DNA of 64,000 nucleotides from Lysobacterales bacterium (GTDB taxonomy: Bacteria > Pseudomonadota > Gammaproteobacteria > Xanthomonadales > BPKI01). This document shows positions 28,261 to 43,592 of the stretch, one piece after another (positions within the stretch are counted from its first letter, which is position 1; the number at the start of each line of letters is the position of its first letter). The notes beneath the pieces were generated by a model. It had not been told where the DNA came from. It ran no database searches and saw only the letters and a program-made list of their open reading frames with translations. A program made the translations under genes and the position numbers. The stretch is from positions 1,604,566 through 1,668,565 of the forward strand of contig BPKI01000001.1 in NCBI GenBank assembly GCA_026005055.1. Reading direction: 5' to 3'.

Positions 28261-29934
28261 TCAGGCCGCGGCCTGCCTGAGGAGACGGCGGGCGAGCGCC
28301 AGGGACTCCCTTCCGACCTTGGCGCCGTCGAGCATTCTCGCGATCTCCTCGACCCTCTCCGACTCTGCGAGCACCTGAAAGGTGGTCGCGACGCGCCCGC
28401 CGTGGACGTCCTTGCTCGCTCGCAGATGATGGTGGCCGTGGCTCGCCACCTGTGCGAGATGGGTCACGCACAGCACTTGGCGGCGAGTCCCGAGTCGGCG
28501 TAGCAGTCCTCCCAGCACTTCCGCGGTGGCGCCACTCACGCCGTTGTCGATTTCGTCGAAGACCATCGTCGGGACCGGGTCGGCATCGAGGGCGGTGACC
28601 TCGATGGCGAGGGCGACCCGGGCCACCTCTCCGCCCGAGGCGATCCGCCTGAGCGGCCGCATCGCTTCGCCGGGGTTGGCGCTGAACAGGAACTCGGCGC
28701 GTTCGGTGCCGAGCGGATCGGGTTCGTCGCTGGCGGTGGCCTCTAAGGAGACCTCGAAGCGGGCTGCTGGCATCGCCAGCGCATGGAGCAGCTCCTCGAC
28801 GCGCGCCGACACCGCGCTGGCGGTCTCGGTCCGGAGGGCGCGGAGCCGCGCGGCATGCGCTCGCCAGCGCTCGGCGAGCCGATCCCGCTCGGATTCGATC
28901 TCCTGGATGCGGGCCGCCCCCGCACCGAGCTCGCGCAGCTCCTGGCGCAGCGCTTCGGCATGCTCGGCGAGTTGCGACTCTCGGACGCGATGCTTGCGCG
29001 CGAGGGCGTGGAGGCGCGCGAGTCGGCCTTCGACCTCGGCGAGACGGGCCGGGTCCAGATCGAGCCTTTCGCGAGCGGAAGCGAGGGGATGGCGGGTCTC
29101 TGCGAGCAGCCGGGCGGCTTCCCCGATCCGGGCTTCGATCTCCGCGAAGAGGGGATCGAAACGGGCCATGCGCGAAGCGAGGGCGCGGGCCCGAGCGAGC
29201 CGCTTCAACAGGCCCTGCTCGTCGTCGTGCAGCGATGCCTCGAGCTCGCCGATGCCAGCAAGAAGCTCGCTCGCGTGCGCGAGTCGGCGCTGTTCGGCCT
29301 CGAGCTCGGCGTAGGCATCCGGTCGAGGAAGCTCTCGCTCGAGCTCGAGGAGACTCTCCTCCAGGAATCGCATCCGCTCGGCGGCATCGCCGCCGGCGCG
29401 GTCTCTGAGATCGGCCAGCTGGCCGTTGAGCCTGCGCCAATCGCGGGCGAGCGCGGCGACGGCCTGGGCATCCTCGCCGAGCCGGCCGATGCGGTCGATG
29501 AGGAAGAGTTGGAACTCGCGCTCGAGGAGTCGTTGTTGTTGGTGCTGGCCGTGGATGGCGAGCAGCAGTCCGCCGAGCTCGCGGAGCTGGCCGACGGTGA
29601 CGGGGCGCCCGTTGATGAAGGCGCGTCCGCCGCCGTCGGCGGTCAGGATGCGCCGTAGCACGATGTCCCCTTCGTCCTCGAGCGCCTGCTCGGCCAGCCA
29701 AGCGCGCGCAGGATGCTCCGGGGGGGGACGAAAGAGGGCAGTGACTTCGGCGCGCGAGGCGCCCTCGCGCACCAAGCCGGCGTCACCGCGCCCCCCGCAG
29801 ACCAGCGCGAGGGCATCCACGAGCAGGGATTTGCCGGCGCCGGTCTCGCCGCTGATCACTGTCAGCCCGGGACCGAAACCGAGGGAGGCCTCGCCCACGA
29901 TGGCGAAATCTTTCACCAGCAGCTCGCACAGCAT
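28261..29934 (-). CDS. recN: DNA repair protein RecN
   Basis: 557 aa from ATG 29934: MLCELLVKDFAIV...VISGETGAGKSLLVDAL. C-terminal signature ...SGGEVARVALAI. Confidence 0.93.
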   Translation of the reverse strand: MLCELLVKDFAIVGEASLGFGPGLTVISGETGAGKSLLVDALALVCGGRGDAGLVREGASRAEVTALFRPPPEHPARAWLAEQALEDEGDIVLRRILTADGGGRAFINGRPVTVGQLRELGGLLLAIHGQHQQQRLLEREFQLFLIDRIGRLGEDAQAVAALARDWRRLNGQLADLRDRAGGDAAERMRFLEESLLELERELPRPDAYAELEAEQRRLAHASELLAGIGELEASLHDDEQGLLKRLARARALASRMARFDPLFAEIEARIGEAARLLAETRHPLASARERLDLDPARLAEVEGRLARLHALARKHRVRESQLAEHAEALRQELRELGAGAARIQEIESERDRLAERWRAHAARLRALRTETASAVSARVEELLHALAMPAARFEVSLEATASDEPDPLGTERAEFLFSANPGEAMRPLRRIASGGEVARVALAIEVTALDADPVPTMVFDEIDNGVSGATAEVLGGLLRRLGTRRQVLCVTHLAQVASHGHHHLRASKDVHGGRVATTFQVLAESERVEEIARMLDGAKVGRESLALARRLLRQAAA

Positions 29935-29971
29935 GGGAGACGTTGGAATGGGGCCGACGCCGGGGGGAGAT

Positions 29972-30000
29972 CTTGTCGCCGCCCGCCGGCGACCGCATTC
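29972..30000 (+). promoter_or_regulatory. Candidate sigma-32-type promoter upstream of hrcA (CTTGTCG-N14-CCGCATTC)
   Basis: Compared by eye with the E. coli sigma-32 consensus CTTGAAA-N13-15-CCCCATnT. Partial match, 38 nt before the ATG. Confidence 0.3.
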
Positions 30001-30037
30001 TAGACCCAGTCGAGGCTCGACCGCGGAAGACAAGACC

Positions 30038-31084
30038 ATGCGCTCCGTCGCAGCCGACTTGATCGATGCCCGCGCCCGGCGGCTGTTGCGCACCCTGATC
30101 GTCGAATACCTTCGCGACGGTCAGCCGGTGGGCTCGCGCACGCTCGCCAAGGCGTCCGGCCTGGAGGTCAGTCCGGCGACGATCCGCAATGTCATGGCCG
30201 ACCTCGAGGAAATCGGATTGGTCACGGCGCCTCATACCTCGGCAGGGCGCGTGCCGACCACGCTCGGCTATCGCTTCTTCGTCGACTCGCTGCTCGAGGT
30301 GGAGCCGCTGAGCGAGGAGGAGCTGAGGCAGCTCCGCCGCGCGCTCGAGGTCGCGGAAGGCACGCAGGAGCTCTTGCGAAGCGCCTCGGGGCTTTTGTCG
30401 GCCATGACCCATTTCGTCGGGCTGGTCACCGTCCCTCGGCGCGAGCAGTTCGCGTTCCGACTGATCGAGTTCCTTCCCATCTCGGAACGTCGCGTGCTCG
30501 TGGTGCTGGTCTTCACCGACCACGAGGTCCAGAACCGGATCATCGAGACGCCGCGTCCTTTCTCGCCTCAGGAGCTCGAGCAGGCGGCGAATTACCTCAA
30601 TACGCACTTCGCCGGCCGGCCCCTGGCCGAAATCCGTGCCCACCTCGTCGAGGATCTTCGCCGCACCCGCCGGGCGGTCGACTCCCTGATGAGCGTCGCC
30701 GTCGAGCTCGCCGATCAGGCGCTGCGCGACGCCGGTGCCGAGGACGTCGTCGTCGCCGGTCAGACGAATCTGCTCGACATCGGCGATCTGGCCGATCTCA
30801 ACAAGCTGCGCGAGCTGTTCGAGGCTTTCCAGCGCAAGCATGATCTGCTGGCGCTGCTCGAGCGTTGCAGCCAGGCCGAAGGCGTGCGGGTGTTCATCGG
30901 CGAGGAGGCCGGGCTTCATCCGCTCGATCACTGCACGCTCATCGCGGCGCCCTACCGCGCCGGGAACCAGACGCTCGGCGTGCTCGGCGTGATCGGGCCG
31001 ACGCGGATGTGCTACGAGCGGATCATCCCCCTGGTCGAGGGCACTGCGGCGTTGGTCAGCGATCGCCTCCATCGGAGCGTGTGA
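30038..31084 (+). CDS. hrcA: Heat-inducible transcription repressor HrcA
   Basis: 348 aa: RARRLLRTLIVEYLRDGQPVGSRTLAK...SPATIRNVMADLEEIGLVTAPHTSAGRVPT. Confidence 0.93.
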   Translation: MRSVAADLIDARARRLLRTLIVEYLRDGQPVGSRTLAKASGLEVSPATIRNVMADLEEIGLVTAPHTSAGRVPTTLGYRFFVDSLLEVEPLSEEELRQLRRALEVAEGTQELLRSASGLLSAMTHFVGLVTVPRREQFAFRLIEFLPISERRVLVVLVFTDHEVQNRIIETPRPFSPQELEQAANYLNTHFAGRPLAEIRAHLVEDLRRTRRAVDSLMSVAVELADQALRDAGAEDVVVAGQTNLLDIGDLADLNKLRELFEAFQRKHDLLALLERCSQAEGVRVFIGEEAGLHPLDHCTLIAAPYRAGNQTLGVLGVIGPTRMCYERIIPLVEGTAALVSDRLHRSV

Positions 31085-31100
31085 AGCGGCGCATGAAGCT

Positions 31101-31128
31101 CTTGAAGTCGAGGTCGGTCGCCCACAAT
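31101..31128 (+). promoter_or_regulatory. Candidate sigma-32-type promoter upstream of grpE (CTTGAAG-N13-CCCACAAT)
   Basis: 6/7 match to CTTGAAA, correct spacing, C-rich -10 element, 33 nt before the ATG. Confidence 0.4.
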
Positions 31129-31160
31129 GAGATCGCTTCGGATCCACACGGCGAACCGAC

Positions 31161-31748
31161 ATGAGCGAGAACCAGCCCGCCGAGAGGGCGGAAGAGGGAA
31201 TCGAGGCCACGAAGGAGGCGGCTGCGAGCGCCTCACAGCCGGTCGAGGCCGGTCCTTCACCCGAGGAGAGTTCCGAGCCGATTCCCCAAGAGCGGATTCG
31301 GGTCCTCGAGCAGGAGCTGGCCGAGTGGCGGGATCGCTGTCTGCGGGCGCACGCCGAACTCGACAATCTCCGCAAGCGGCTCGAGCGCGAAGCCGAGCAG
31401 TCTCGGCGTTTCGCCAATGAGGCCATCTTGGTCGATCTCCTGCCGGTTCTGGACAGCCTCGAGCGCGGTCTGGCCGCCGGGCTGGTCGATGCCGCGACCC
31501 TGCGCGAGGGCATGGAGCTCACGCTGCGTCAGCTGATCAAGGCGCTCGAGGCGCATGGCGTTCGCATTCTCGATCCACAGGGGGAAGCCTTCGACCCCCG
31601 CTTCCACCAGGCGGTGGCCACGCAGCCGGCCAAGGAAGTCGAGGCCGATCGGGTGCTTGCGGTCGTGCAAAAAGGGATGCTTCTGCGCGAGCGCCTCCTC
31701 CGCCCCGCCTTGGTCGTGGTCTCCGCGGGTACCGCCGAGGCGTCTTGA
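31161..31748 (+). CDS. grpE: Nucleotide exchange factor GrpE
   Basis: 195 aa: RAHAELDNLRKRLEREAEQSRRFANEAILVDLLPVLDSLERGL. Confidence 0.95.
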   Translation: MSENQPAERAEEGIEATKEAAASASQPVEAGPSPEESSEPIPQERIRVLEQELAEWRDRCLRAHAELDNLRKRLEREAEQSRRFANEAILVDLLPVLDSLERGLAAGLVDAATLREGMELTLRQLIKALEAHGVRILDPQGEAFDPRFHQAVATQPAKEVEADRVLAVVQKGMLLRERLLRPALVVVSAGTAEAS

Positions 31749-31771
31749 AACCACGTCCCGGACCCAAACAT
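31744..31771 (+). promoter_or_regulatory. Candidate sigma-32-type promoter upstream of dnaK (CTTGAAA-N12-CCCAAACAT)
   Basis: Perfect CTTGAAA -35 element overlapping the grpE stop codon. The -10 is C-rich and imperfect. 56 nt before the ATG. Confidence 0.45.
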
Positions 31772-31826
31772 AGCCTTTCGGTCAGATTTTCCTTTTTCCG
31801 ATTCTGCATCGATTTGGAGCCCGGCA

Positions 31827-33734
31827 ATGAGCAAGATCATCGGCATCGACCTCGGTACCACCAACTCCTGCGTGGCGGTGCTCGAGGGCGGCAAGGTCAA
31901 GGTCATCGAGAATTCGGAGGGCGACCGCACCACGCCTTCGGTGGTCGCCTTCACCAAAGATGGCGAAGTGCTGGTCGGCGCCCCCGCCAAGCGGCAGGCC
32001 ATCACCAATCCGCGCAACACCTTCTACGCCGTCAAGCGGCTGATCGGACGTCGCTTCGACGATGCGGAAGTCCAGCGCGACGTGGGCATCATGCCCTACA
32101 AGATCGTGCGGGCGGACAATGGCGATGCCTGGGTGGAGACCGCCGATGGCAAGAGGATGGCGCCTCCGGAGATCTCCGCGCGGGTTCTGATGAAGATGAA
32201 GAAGACCGCCGAGGATTACCTCGGCCATCCGGTCACCGAAGCGGTGATCACGGTGCCGGCCTACTTCAACGACTCGCAGCGGCAGGCGACGAAGGACGCC
32301 GGCCGAATCGCCGGTCTCGAGGTCAAGCGGATCATCAACGAGCCCACCGCCGCGGCCCTGGCCTACGGCCTCGACAAGGCGGGTGCGGATCGCAAGATCG
32401 CGGTCTATGACCTCGGCGGCGGCACTTTCGACATCTCGATCATCGAGATCGCCAATGTGGATGGCGAGAAGCAGTTCGAGGTGCTGGCCACCAACGGCGA
32501 CACCCACCTCGGTGGCGAGGACTTCGACAAGCGGCTGATGGATTACCTGATCGAGGAGTTCAAGAAGGAGCAGGGCATCGACCTGCGCAATGATCCGCTC
32601 GCCCTGCAGCGGCTGCGCGATGCCGCCGAGCGGGCGAAGATCGAGCTGTCCTCTGCCCAGCAGACGGAGGTGAACCTGCCCTACATCACGGCCGACGCGA
32701 GCGGGCCGAAGCACCTCAACGTCCGCATCACGCGTGCCAAGCTCGAGGCGCTCGTGGAGGACCTCATCCGCAAGACCATCGAGCCGTGCAAGATCGCGCT
32801 CAAGGACGCCGGACTGAAGCCGCAGGACATCGACGAAGTGATTCTGGTCGGCGGCCAGACCCGGATGCCCAAGGTGCAGCAGGCCGTCGCCGAGTTCTTC
32901 GGCAAGGAGCCGCGCAAGGACGTGAATCCGGACGAGGCCGTGGCGATCGGTGCGGCGATCCAGGCGGGGGTGCTCGCAGGCGAAGTCAAGGACGTGCTCC
33001 TGCTCGATGTGACCCCGCTCAGCCTCGGGATCGAGACCTTGGGCGGCGTGTTCACCAAGATCATCGAGAAGAATACGACCATTCCCACCCGCGCCTCGCA
33101 GATCTTCAGCACCGCCGAGGATGGGCAGACGGCCGTGACCGTCCACGTGCTCCAGGGCGAGCGCGAGCAGGCGCGATTCAACAAGTCGCTGGCCAAGTTC
33201 GACCTGGTCGGCATCGAGCCCGCGCCGCGCGGGGTGCCGCAGATCGAGGTCACCTTCGACATCGATGCCAACGGCATCCTGCACGTCTCGGCCAAGGACA
33301 AGAAGACCGGCAAGGAGCAGCGCATCGAGATCAAGGCGAGCTCCGGCCTGAGCGAGGAGGAGATCAAGCGGATGATCGCCGACGCCGAGGCCCATCGCGA
33401 GGAGGACCGCCGGTTCCATGAACTCGTGGACGCCCGTAACCGCGCGGATCACCTGCTGCACGTCGTGCGCGGCGCGATCAAGGAGCACGGTTCGAAGGTG
33501 CCGGCGGGCTCGATCGCGGCGGTCGAGGCCGCCATTGCCGAGCTCGAGGGCGTGATCAAGGGTGATGACAAGGAGAAGATCGTGCTCAAGACCCAGGCGC
33601 TCGAGCAGGCGGCGGCTTCGCTGATGGCGGCGGCTGCGGCGGCCACGAGCGGCGGCGGAGAGCGTTCGGCATCGGAGCCGCGGCAGGATGACGTGGTCGA
33701 CGCGGAGTTCACCGACGTCAAGGAAGACCGTTGA
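31827..33734 (+). CDS. dnaK: Molecular chaperone DnaK (Hsp70)
   Basis: 635 aa: [18 protein letters not shown]... Confidence 0.98.
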   Translation: MSKIIGIDLGTTNSCVAVLEGGKVKVIENSEGDRTTPSVVAFTKDGEVLVGAPAKRQAITNPRNTFYAVKRLIGRRFDDAEVQRDVGIMPYKIVRADNGDAWVETADGKRMAPPEISARVLMKMKKTAEDYLGHPVTEAVITVPAYFNDSQRQATKDAGRIAGLEVKRIINEPTAAALAYGLDKAGADRKIAVYDLGGGTFDISIIEIANVDGEKQFEVLATNGDTHLGGEDFDKRLMDYLIEEFKKEQGIDLRNDPLALQRLRDAAERAKIELSSAQQTEVNLPYITADASGPKHLNVRITRAKLEALVEDLIRKTIEPCKIALKDAGLKPQDIDEVILVGGQTRMPKVQQAVAEFFGKEPRKDVNPDEAVAIGAAIQAGVLAGEVKDVLLLDVTPLSLGIETLGGVFTKIIEKNTTIPTRASQIFSTAEDGQTAVTVHVLQGEREQARFNKSLAKFDLVGIEPAPRGVPQIEVTFDIDANGILHVSAKDKKTGKEQRIEIKASSGLSEEEIKRMIADAEAHREEDRRFHELVDARNRADHLLHVVRGAIKEHGSKVPAGSIAAVEAAIAELEGVIKGDDKEKIVLKTQALEQAAASLMAAAAAATSGGGERSASEPRQDDVVDAEFTDVKEDR

Positions 33735-33767
33735 GCGGGTCGCGCCCGTCGCCGAAGGCCGGAGTGA

Positions 33768-34901
<1,134 letters not shown>

Positions 34902-34948
34902 GTGAGGCATCTTGCCCTGTACGACGAGCTCGCCCACACTGCGGCGCC

Positions 34949-35797
34949 GTGGAAGGCAAGCTCGCATCGCTTCGCATCGCGCTTTGGGGCGCGTCCGGTC
35001 GTATGGGCGAGGCCGTACTCGATTGTCTCGGCGAGCAATCGGAAATGTCCTTGGTGGCGGCCGTCGTCTCCGAGGGTTCGACATGGCGCGGACGCCTCCT
35101 CCGCGAACGCTTCCCCTCGGCTCCGGCCGAGCAGCGTTTCCTCTGTGCGCGTGATTGCCCGCCCTGCGATCTGATCCTCGATTTCAGCGGCGCAGCCGGC
35201 TTCGCCGAGGCGCTCTCGACCGCGCTTCGGTTCGGCGCGGCACTGGTCAGCGGCAGCACGGGTCTTTCGCGGCAGGACGAAGAACGCCTCGAGCAGGCCT
35301 CGGCCCGAATCCCGGTGCTCTGGGCGGCGAACTTCTCGCTCGGCTTGATCGTGTTGCTCGCCCTCGCCGAGCAGGCGGCGGCATGGCTTTCCGACTTCGA
35401 CGTGGAGCTGTTGGATCTGCATCACCGCGGCAAGCGTGATGCGCCCTCGGGCACCGCTCGAGCGCTGGGCGAGGCGGTCATCCGCGCGAAGGAAAGCCAG
35501 GGATGCCACGCGCGCGCAGTCTTTCAGCGCGAGGGGGCGCGCGGGGAGGGCGAAGTGGGTATGGTCTCCTTGCGAGGCGGGGATGCGGTCGGGGAGCACC
35601 GCTTGTTCCTCCTCGGGAAGGGCGAGCGGCTCGAGCTCGCCCATCAGGTCAGCGATCGGCGCGTGTTCGCCCGCGGTGCGCTGCGGGCGGCGAGCTGCCT
35701 CGCCGGTCGGCCTCCGGGACGCTACCGTCTCGAGTCGATGCTGCCCTCGCTCGTCGGGCCGGTCGAGTTGGACAGGGTGGGGAGCAGGCCAGTATGA
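34949..35797 (+). CDS. dapB: 4-hydroxy-tetrahydrodipicolinate reductase
   Basis: [16 protein letters not shown](P) motif and [18 protein letters not shown] signature. No in-frame ATG upstream of the motif, so GTG 34949 is proposed. Confidence 0.8.
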   Translation: MEGKLASLRIALWGASGRMGEAVLDCLGEQSEMSLVAAVVSEGSTWRGRLLRERFPSAPAEQRFLCARDCPPCDLILDFSGAAGFAEALSTALRFGAALVSGSTGLSRQDEERLEQASARIPVLWAANFSLGLIVLLALAEQAAAWLSDFDVELLDLHHRGKRDAPSGTARALGEAVIRAKESQGCHARAVFQREGARGEGEVGMVSLRGGDAVGEHRLFLLGKGERLELAHQVSDRRVFARGALRAASCLAGRPPGRYRLESMLPSLVGPVELDRVGSRPV

Positions 35798-35861
35798 TCT
35801 TGCGGGTTCCCGAGCCTGTCTGTGCGGTCGCCTGAGAGCGGCCCGCGTCCGTGCGCGACCA

Positions 35862-37031
35862 ATGAATCCGATCCGCCGCTCTCCTGCCGTCCTCGCCCTC
35901 GCCGATGGCTCCGTGTTCCACGGCGAAAGCCTCGGTGCGGATGGCGTCGCGGTCGGCGAAGCGGTCTTCAATACCGCGATGACCGGCTATCAGGAGATCC
36001 TCACGGATCCCTCCTACGCGCGTCAGATCGTCTGTCTCACCTTCCCGCACATCGGCAACGTCGGTGTCAACGAAGCCGACGCCGAATCGAGCCGTGTTCA
36101 TGCCGCGGGCCTGATCATCCGCGAGTGCTCCCCGCTCGCGAGCAACTGGCGGATGGAGGGCTCCTTCGAACGCTGGCTGATGGAGAACCGGGTGGTGGCG
36201 ATTGGCGGTGTGGATACCCGCCGGCTCACCCGCATTCTGCGCGATCGGGGTGCTCAAGCCGCCTGCATCATCGCAGGCGAGCGGGCCGATGCCGAGGCGG
36301 CGATCGAGGCCGCGCGCGCATTTCCGGGCCTCCTCGGCCTCGACCTGGCGCGCGAGGTCTCCTGCCGGCAGCCCTACCCGTGGACGGAAGGAGGGCTCGA
36401 TTTCGACACCGGAGCCTTCGGCAGGGGCGTCGGCACGCATCACGTCGTCGTCTACGACTTCGGGGTCAAGCGGAACATTCTGAGGATGCTCGTCGATCGC
36501 GGCTGCCGAGTGACGGTCGTCCCAGCGCAGACGCCGGCGAGCGAGGTCCTCAAGCTCGCACCCGATGGCGTGCTGCTCTCGAACGGCCCTGGCGATCCCG
36601 AGCCTTGCGAATATGCGATCGCCGCGACCCGAGCCCTCCTCGCGCAAGGAGTTCCGCTTTTCGGCATCTGCCTCGGCCATCAGATCCTCGGGCTGGCGCT
36701 CGGTGCGCGCACCCTCAAGATGAAGTTCGGTCACCACGGCGCCAATCATCCGGTGCTCGAATTGGACACCGGTCGGGTGCTGATCACCAGCCAGAATCAC
36801 GGCTTCGCCGTCGATGAAGCGAGCCTGCCGGAAGGCGTGCGGGTCACGCATCGCTCGCTCTTCGATGGCTCACTTCAAGGATTCGCCTGCGAGCGAGTCC
36901 CCGCCTTCGGATTCCAGGGGCATCCCGAGGCGAGCCCCGGTCCTCATGATCTTCATCATCTTTTCGATCGTTTCCTGGCCGCGATGCGCGTGCGCCGCGC
37001 CGCGGACCTGTCTTCGGAGAGCATCCGATGA
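35862..37031 (+). CDS. carA: Carbamoyl-phosphate synthase small (glutaminase) subunit
   Basis: 389 aa: [17 protein letters not shown]...[17 protein letters not shown]...GICLGHQ. Confidence 0.95.
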   Translation: MNPIRRSPAVLALADGSVFHGESLGADGVAVGEAVFNTAMTGYQEILTDPSYARQIVCLTFPHIGNVGVNEADAESSRVHAAGLIIRECSPLASNWRMEGSFERWLMENRVVAIGGVDTRRLTRILRDRGAQAACIIAGERADAEAAIEAARAFPGLLGLDLAREVSCRQPYPWTEGGLDFDTGAFGRGVGTHHVVVYDFGVKRNILRMLVDRGCRVTVVPAQTPASEVLKLAPDGVLLSNGPGDPEPCEYAIAATRALLAQGVPLFGICLGHQILGLALGARTLKMKFGHHGANHPVLELDTGRVLITSQNHGFAVDEASLPEGVRVTHRSLFDGSLQGFACERVPAFGFQGHPEASPGPHDLHHLFDRFLAAMRVRRAADLSSESIR

Positions 37032-38922
37032 GCGCCATGATCCTGATGTTCGCTTTTCTTGCGGCCCTCAATGGGAGCTCGAAGGCGATCCCGATCGAGG
37101 ATTTCTTCCGCGATCCGGAGTTCAAGCAGGTGACGCTCTCCCCGCGCGGGGATTATTTCACGGTCGCCGTGCCCAAAGGCGATCGAACCTACCTCGTCGT
37201 GATGCGCACCCGCGACAAGAAAGTCGTCAGTTCCTGGGATTTCGGCAGCAACCGGCACGCGGAGAATGTGCGCTGGGTAGGGGACGAGCGCTTCTTCGTC
37301 ACCGTCACCCGCAAGACCGGCGCCTTCGACGTCCCGGTGATCGACAGCTTCGACGTGTATGCGAGCAACGTCGATGGCAAACGCCGCCGACAGATTCCCG
37401 ATGCGAACAAGTACCAATTCGTCAGCCTGCTTCCCGGCGATCCTGACCACGTCCTGGTGCAGCGTTCGATCGACAGCGCCTTCCTGTTCAAGCTCAACGT
37501 CTGGAACGGCGAGACGATCGTGGTCGCCAATGCCCCCGTTCGCCGCGGTTCCTTCGTGGTCGATTTCGACGGGCGCCCGCGTTACGTGATCGGGAGCGAG
37601 GCCGACAACAGCACGGTGATCCTGCGCCGGGAAGGCGATGGCTGGAAGGAGGTCCAGCGCGCGCCCTTCGGCCAGGACGTGAGGATGCCGATCGGCTTCG
37701 CACCGGATGGCAAGCAGGTCTACTTCTCCGAGAGCGCGAGGGGCGAGCCGCCGGCGATCGTCCTGATCGATCCCGAAAGCGGGGCGAGGCGAGAGGTGCT
37801 GCCACCGAAGCGGGTGGAACCGGCGGGCTTCCTGCGCAGCGCCGATGATCGCCATCTGCTTGCGGTTTTGTACGAGGACGGCCTTCCCGCCTACGAATGG
37901 ATCAACACCGACCATCCCGAGAGCAAGGTTTATGCCGGGCTGATCAACGCCTTTCCCAATCATGCGGTGCACTTCGAAGGCGTCAGCCGCGACGGGCGCA
38001 CGATCTTGCTTCGCGCCTTCAGCGACCGCGATCCGGGCTCCTACTACCTCTTCGATCGCGACAGCGGCAAGGCGACCTTCCTGCTCGCCGCGCGGCCTTG
38101 GATCAAACCGGAGCGCATGGCGCGGGTGGCGCCGATCGAGTTTCAGGCGCGCGATGGAACCCTGATCCACGGCTACCTGAGCATCCCCGAGGGTTCCGGT
38201 GGTCGAAATCTGCCCCTGATCCTGCATCCCCACGGCGGCCCGCACGGCATCCGCGACCGTTGGGGCTTCGATCCGATCGTGCAGTTCCTCGCAAGCCGAG
38301 GCTATGCCGTGCTTCGGGTCAACTTCCGGGGCTCGGGCGGCTACGGCATGGGTTTTCTGCGCCAGGGCTTTCGCAACTGGGGCACGAGCATGATCGATGA
38401 CATGAACGATGGCGTGCGCTGGGCCATCGCCCAAGGCATCGCCGATCCGAATCGCATTTGCTCCTTCGGGGCCTCCTACGGCGGTTATGCGGCTTTGCAA
38501 GTGGTGGTGCGCGAGCCCGAGCTCTACCGTTGCGCGATCGGCTACGTCGGCGTCTACAGTCTGCCGCTCATGTTCCGCGATGGCGACATCCCGCAAAGCG
38601 AAGAAGGTCGCAGCTTTCTCCGCTCCGTGTTGCCGGAGGACCGCGCCGAGCAGGAGCGGCAGTCCCCCGCCTACAACGTGGATCGCATCCGCGTGCCGGT
38701 AATGCTGGTCCACGGGGCGAAGGATCAGCGGGTGCCGATGTCGCAGTTTCGGGCGCTCAAGGAGGCGTTGAGCGAGGCGGGACGGCCGCCGGAGCGAGAA
38801 GTCGTGGCCCCCAAGGAGGGACATGGCTTTTACGATCTCGAGAACAACAAGAAGCTCTACGCCGAGCTCGAAGCCTTCCTCGCTCGTCACATCGGACAGA
38901 GCGGCGCCACCGCCCAACGCTG

Positions 38923-38923
<1 letters not shown>
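37028..38923 (+). CDS. Exported S9-family serine peptidase (prolyl oligopeptidase/dipeptidyl-peptidase type: beta-propeller + alpha/beta hydrolase)
   Basis: Signal peptide [20 protein letters not shown]. Nucleophile elbow [19 protein letters not shown] and KEGHGF supply the Asp and His. ATGA overlap with carA and a 1-nt overlap (TGATG) with carB. Confidence 0.85.
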
Positions 38924-42140
<3,217 letters not shown>

Positions 42141-42144
<4 letters not shown>

Positions 42145-42617
42145 ATCGGGTGCCTCTCACCATCGAAGGCGCGAGGCGGCTGCGCGAGGAGCTCGAGTTC
42201 CTGAAGAGCGTGAAGCGGCCGCAGGTGATCCAGGCCATCGCCGAGGCTCGGGCGCACGGCGACTTGCGCGAAAACGCCGAATATGCGGCGGCACGCGAGC
42301 AGCAGAGCTTCATCGAGGGACGGATCAAGGAGCTCGAAGCCGCGCTGGCGTCTGCCGAAATCATCGATCCGAGCAAGATCAGCGCAGGCGGACGGATCGT
42401 GTTCGGCGCGATCGTCGAGCTCCTCGACTTGCACAGCGAGGAGACCATGAGCTTCCAAATCGTCGGCGAGCTCGAGGCCGAGGCGCGAGCCGGGCGCATT
42501 TCGGTCGGTTCGCCGCTTGCACGGGCGCTGATCGGCAAGCACGAGGGGGATACGGTGGAGATTCAAACCCCTGCCGGCCGCAAGCTCTGCGAGATCGTCG
42601 CCGTGCGTTACCGTTGA
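42141..42617 (+). CDS. greA: Transcription elongation factor GreA
   Basis: 158 aa: [44 protein letters not shown]. Confidence 0.95.
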
Positions 42618-42632
42618 GCGGCCCGGAGAGCG

Positions 42633-43592
42633 ATGCGTGTCGTCCTGCTCCCGCCGCTGACGCAGGCGCTCGGGAGGAGAACCGACGCAAGGCGCTTGTC
42701 GCGCCGTGTGGCGCGTGCGCGGCCGCTTCCGCCCCTTCCGCCGGGACGCCTCGCTCAGCTCGAGGCGTTCTTCGGGATCGAGGCGCCTGAGCTCGCCTGG
42801 CTCGCCGCGGTCGCCGATGGGCTCGAGGAGGGCACCGCGTGGGTGCGCGCCGAACCGGTGTGCGTCCACGTGGACATCGCTTCGCTACGGCTGCTCGCCC
42901 ACGGGGAAGGGATCGGGCTCTCGCCCCAGGAGGAGCTCCCGCTCTTCGAATCCCTCGAGCGCTGGTGCGGGCAGCGGGGCATCGTCGCGCGGCGGACGGC
43001 TTTCTGCCGATGGTTCCTGGCGCCGCCCTCGGACTGGCCGAGCCCTGAGAGCGACCCGCCCGAGCGCTGGCTCGGTCGCGCGCTGGACTGGTCCTGGCGC
43101 GCCCCTAGGGCGCCTTGGAGTCGGCTGCTCGCGGAAATCGAGATGCTCTTCGCAAGCCATCCCCTCAACCTTTCGCGTCGGCAGCGCGGGCTGAGCCCCG
43201 TCACTGGCGTCTGGATCTGGGGCGGCCGTCGCGGGGAAGCGAGCCCGCTTCGTTCCGCAGCGAGGGAAGGAATCGTGATCAGCGGCGATCCGCTGATCCA
43301 GGCCAGTGCGCGCCGGCTGGGTATGGAAGCCATTCCTGGGCTTCCCGATCGGCCGCTTCGGCGGGTGGTTCTCCTCGACTGCGCATCGGGTGCCGACGAG
43401 GACCCCCTCGCGCCGCCGGTCCCCGCCGAGTGGTGGTTCGGCTGCGGGCGTCGCTTCGCGGTCGGGCGACTCGACTTCTTTTGCTTCTGGCGGCGGGCTG
43501 GGCTCGCGGACGGGGAGCCGAATCCAGCCGATGCCCGACTCGCGGCGGCGGCGACACGGCGAGCAGGGCTGTTCGCGGGAGCCGAGCCATGA
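42633..43592 (+). CDS. Conserved hypothetical protein in the greA-recJ slot (same position as Xanthomonas RpfE-type regulatory protein; homology unverified)
   Basis: 319 aa with no motif I can name. The position between greA and recJ matches my recollection of rpfE in Xanthomonas. ATGA overlap with recJ. Confidence 0.4.
   Translation: MRVVLLPPLTQALGRRTDARRLSRRVARARPLPPLPPGRLAQLEAFFGIEAPELAWLAAVADGLEEGTAWVRAEPVCVHVDIASLRLLAHGEGIGLSPQEELPLFESLERWCGQRGIVARRTAFCRWFLAPPSDWPSPESDPPERWLGRALDWSWRAPRAPWSRLLAEIEMLFASHPLNLSRRQRGLSPVTGVWIWGGRRGEASPLRSAAREGIVISGDPLIQASARRLGMEAIPGLPDRPLRRVVLLDCASGADEDPLAPPVPAEWWFGCGRRFAVGRLDFFCFWRRAGLADGEPNPADARLAAAATRRAGLFAGAEP

Noticed and set aside
28229-29701. A 490-aa Arg-rich ORF in an alternate minus-strand frame of recN.
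   Set aside because: It is on the same strand as recN but in a different frame. More than a quarter of residues are Arg/Pro/Ala runs. The RecN frame carries Walker A and the signature motif.
29720-29727. A G8 homopolymer inside recN (encoding Pro-Pro-Pro on the minus strand), considered as a possible slipped-strand phase-variation tract.
   Set aside because: It is a single tract in a high-GC genome, in a core repair gene with no paralog or known phase-variable behaviour, and it reads in-frame. There is no supporting evidence.
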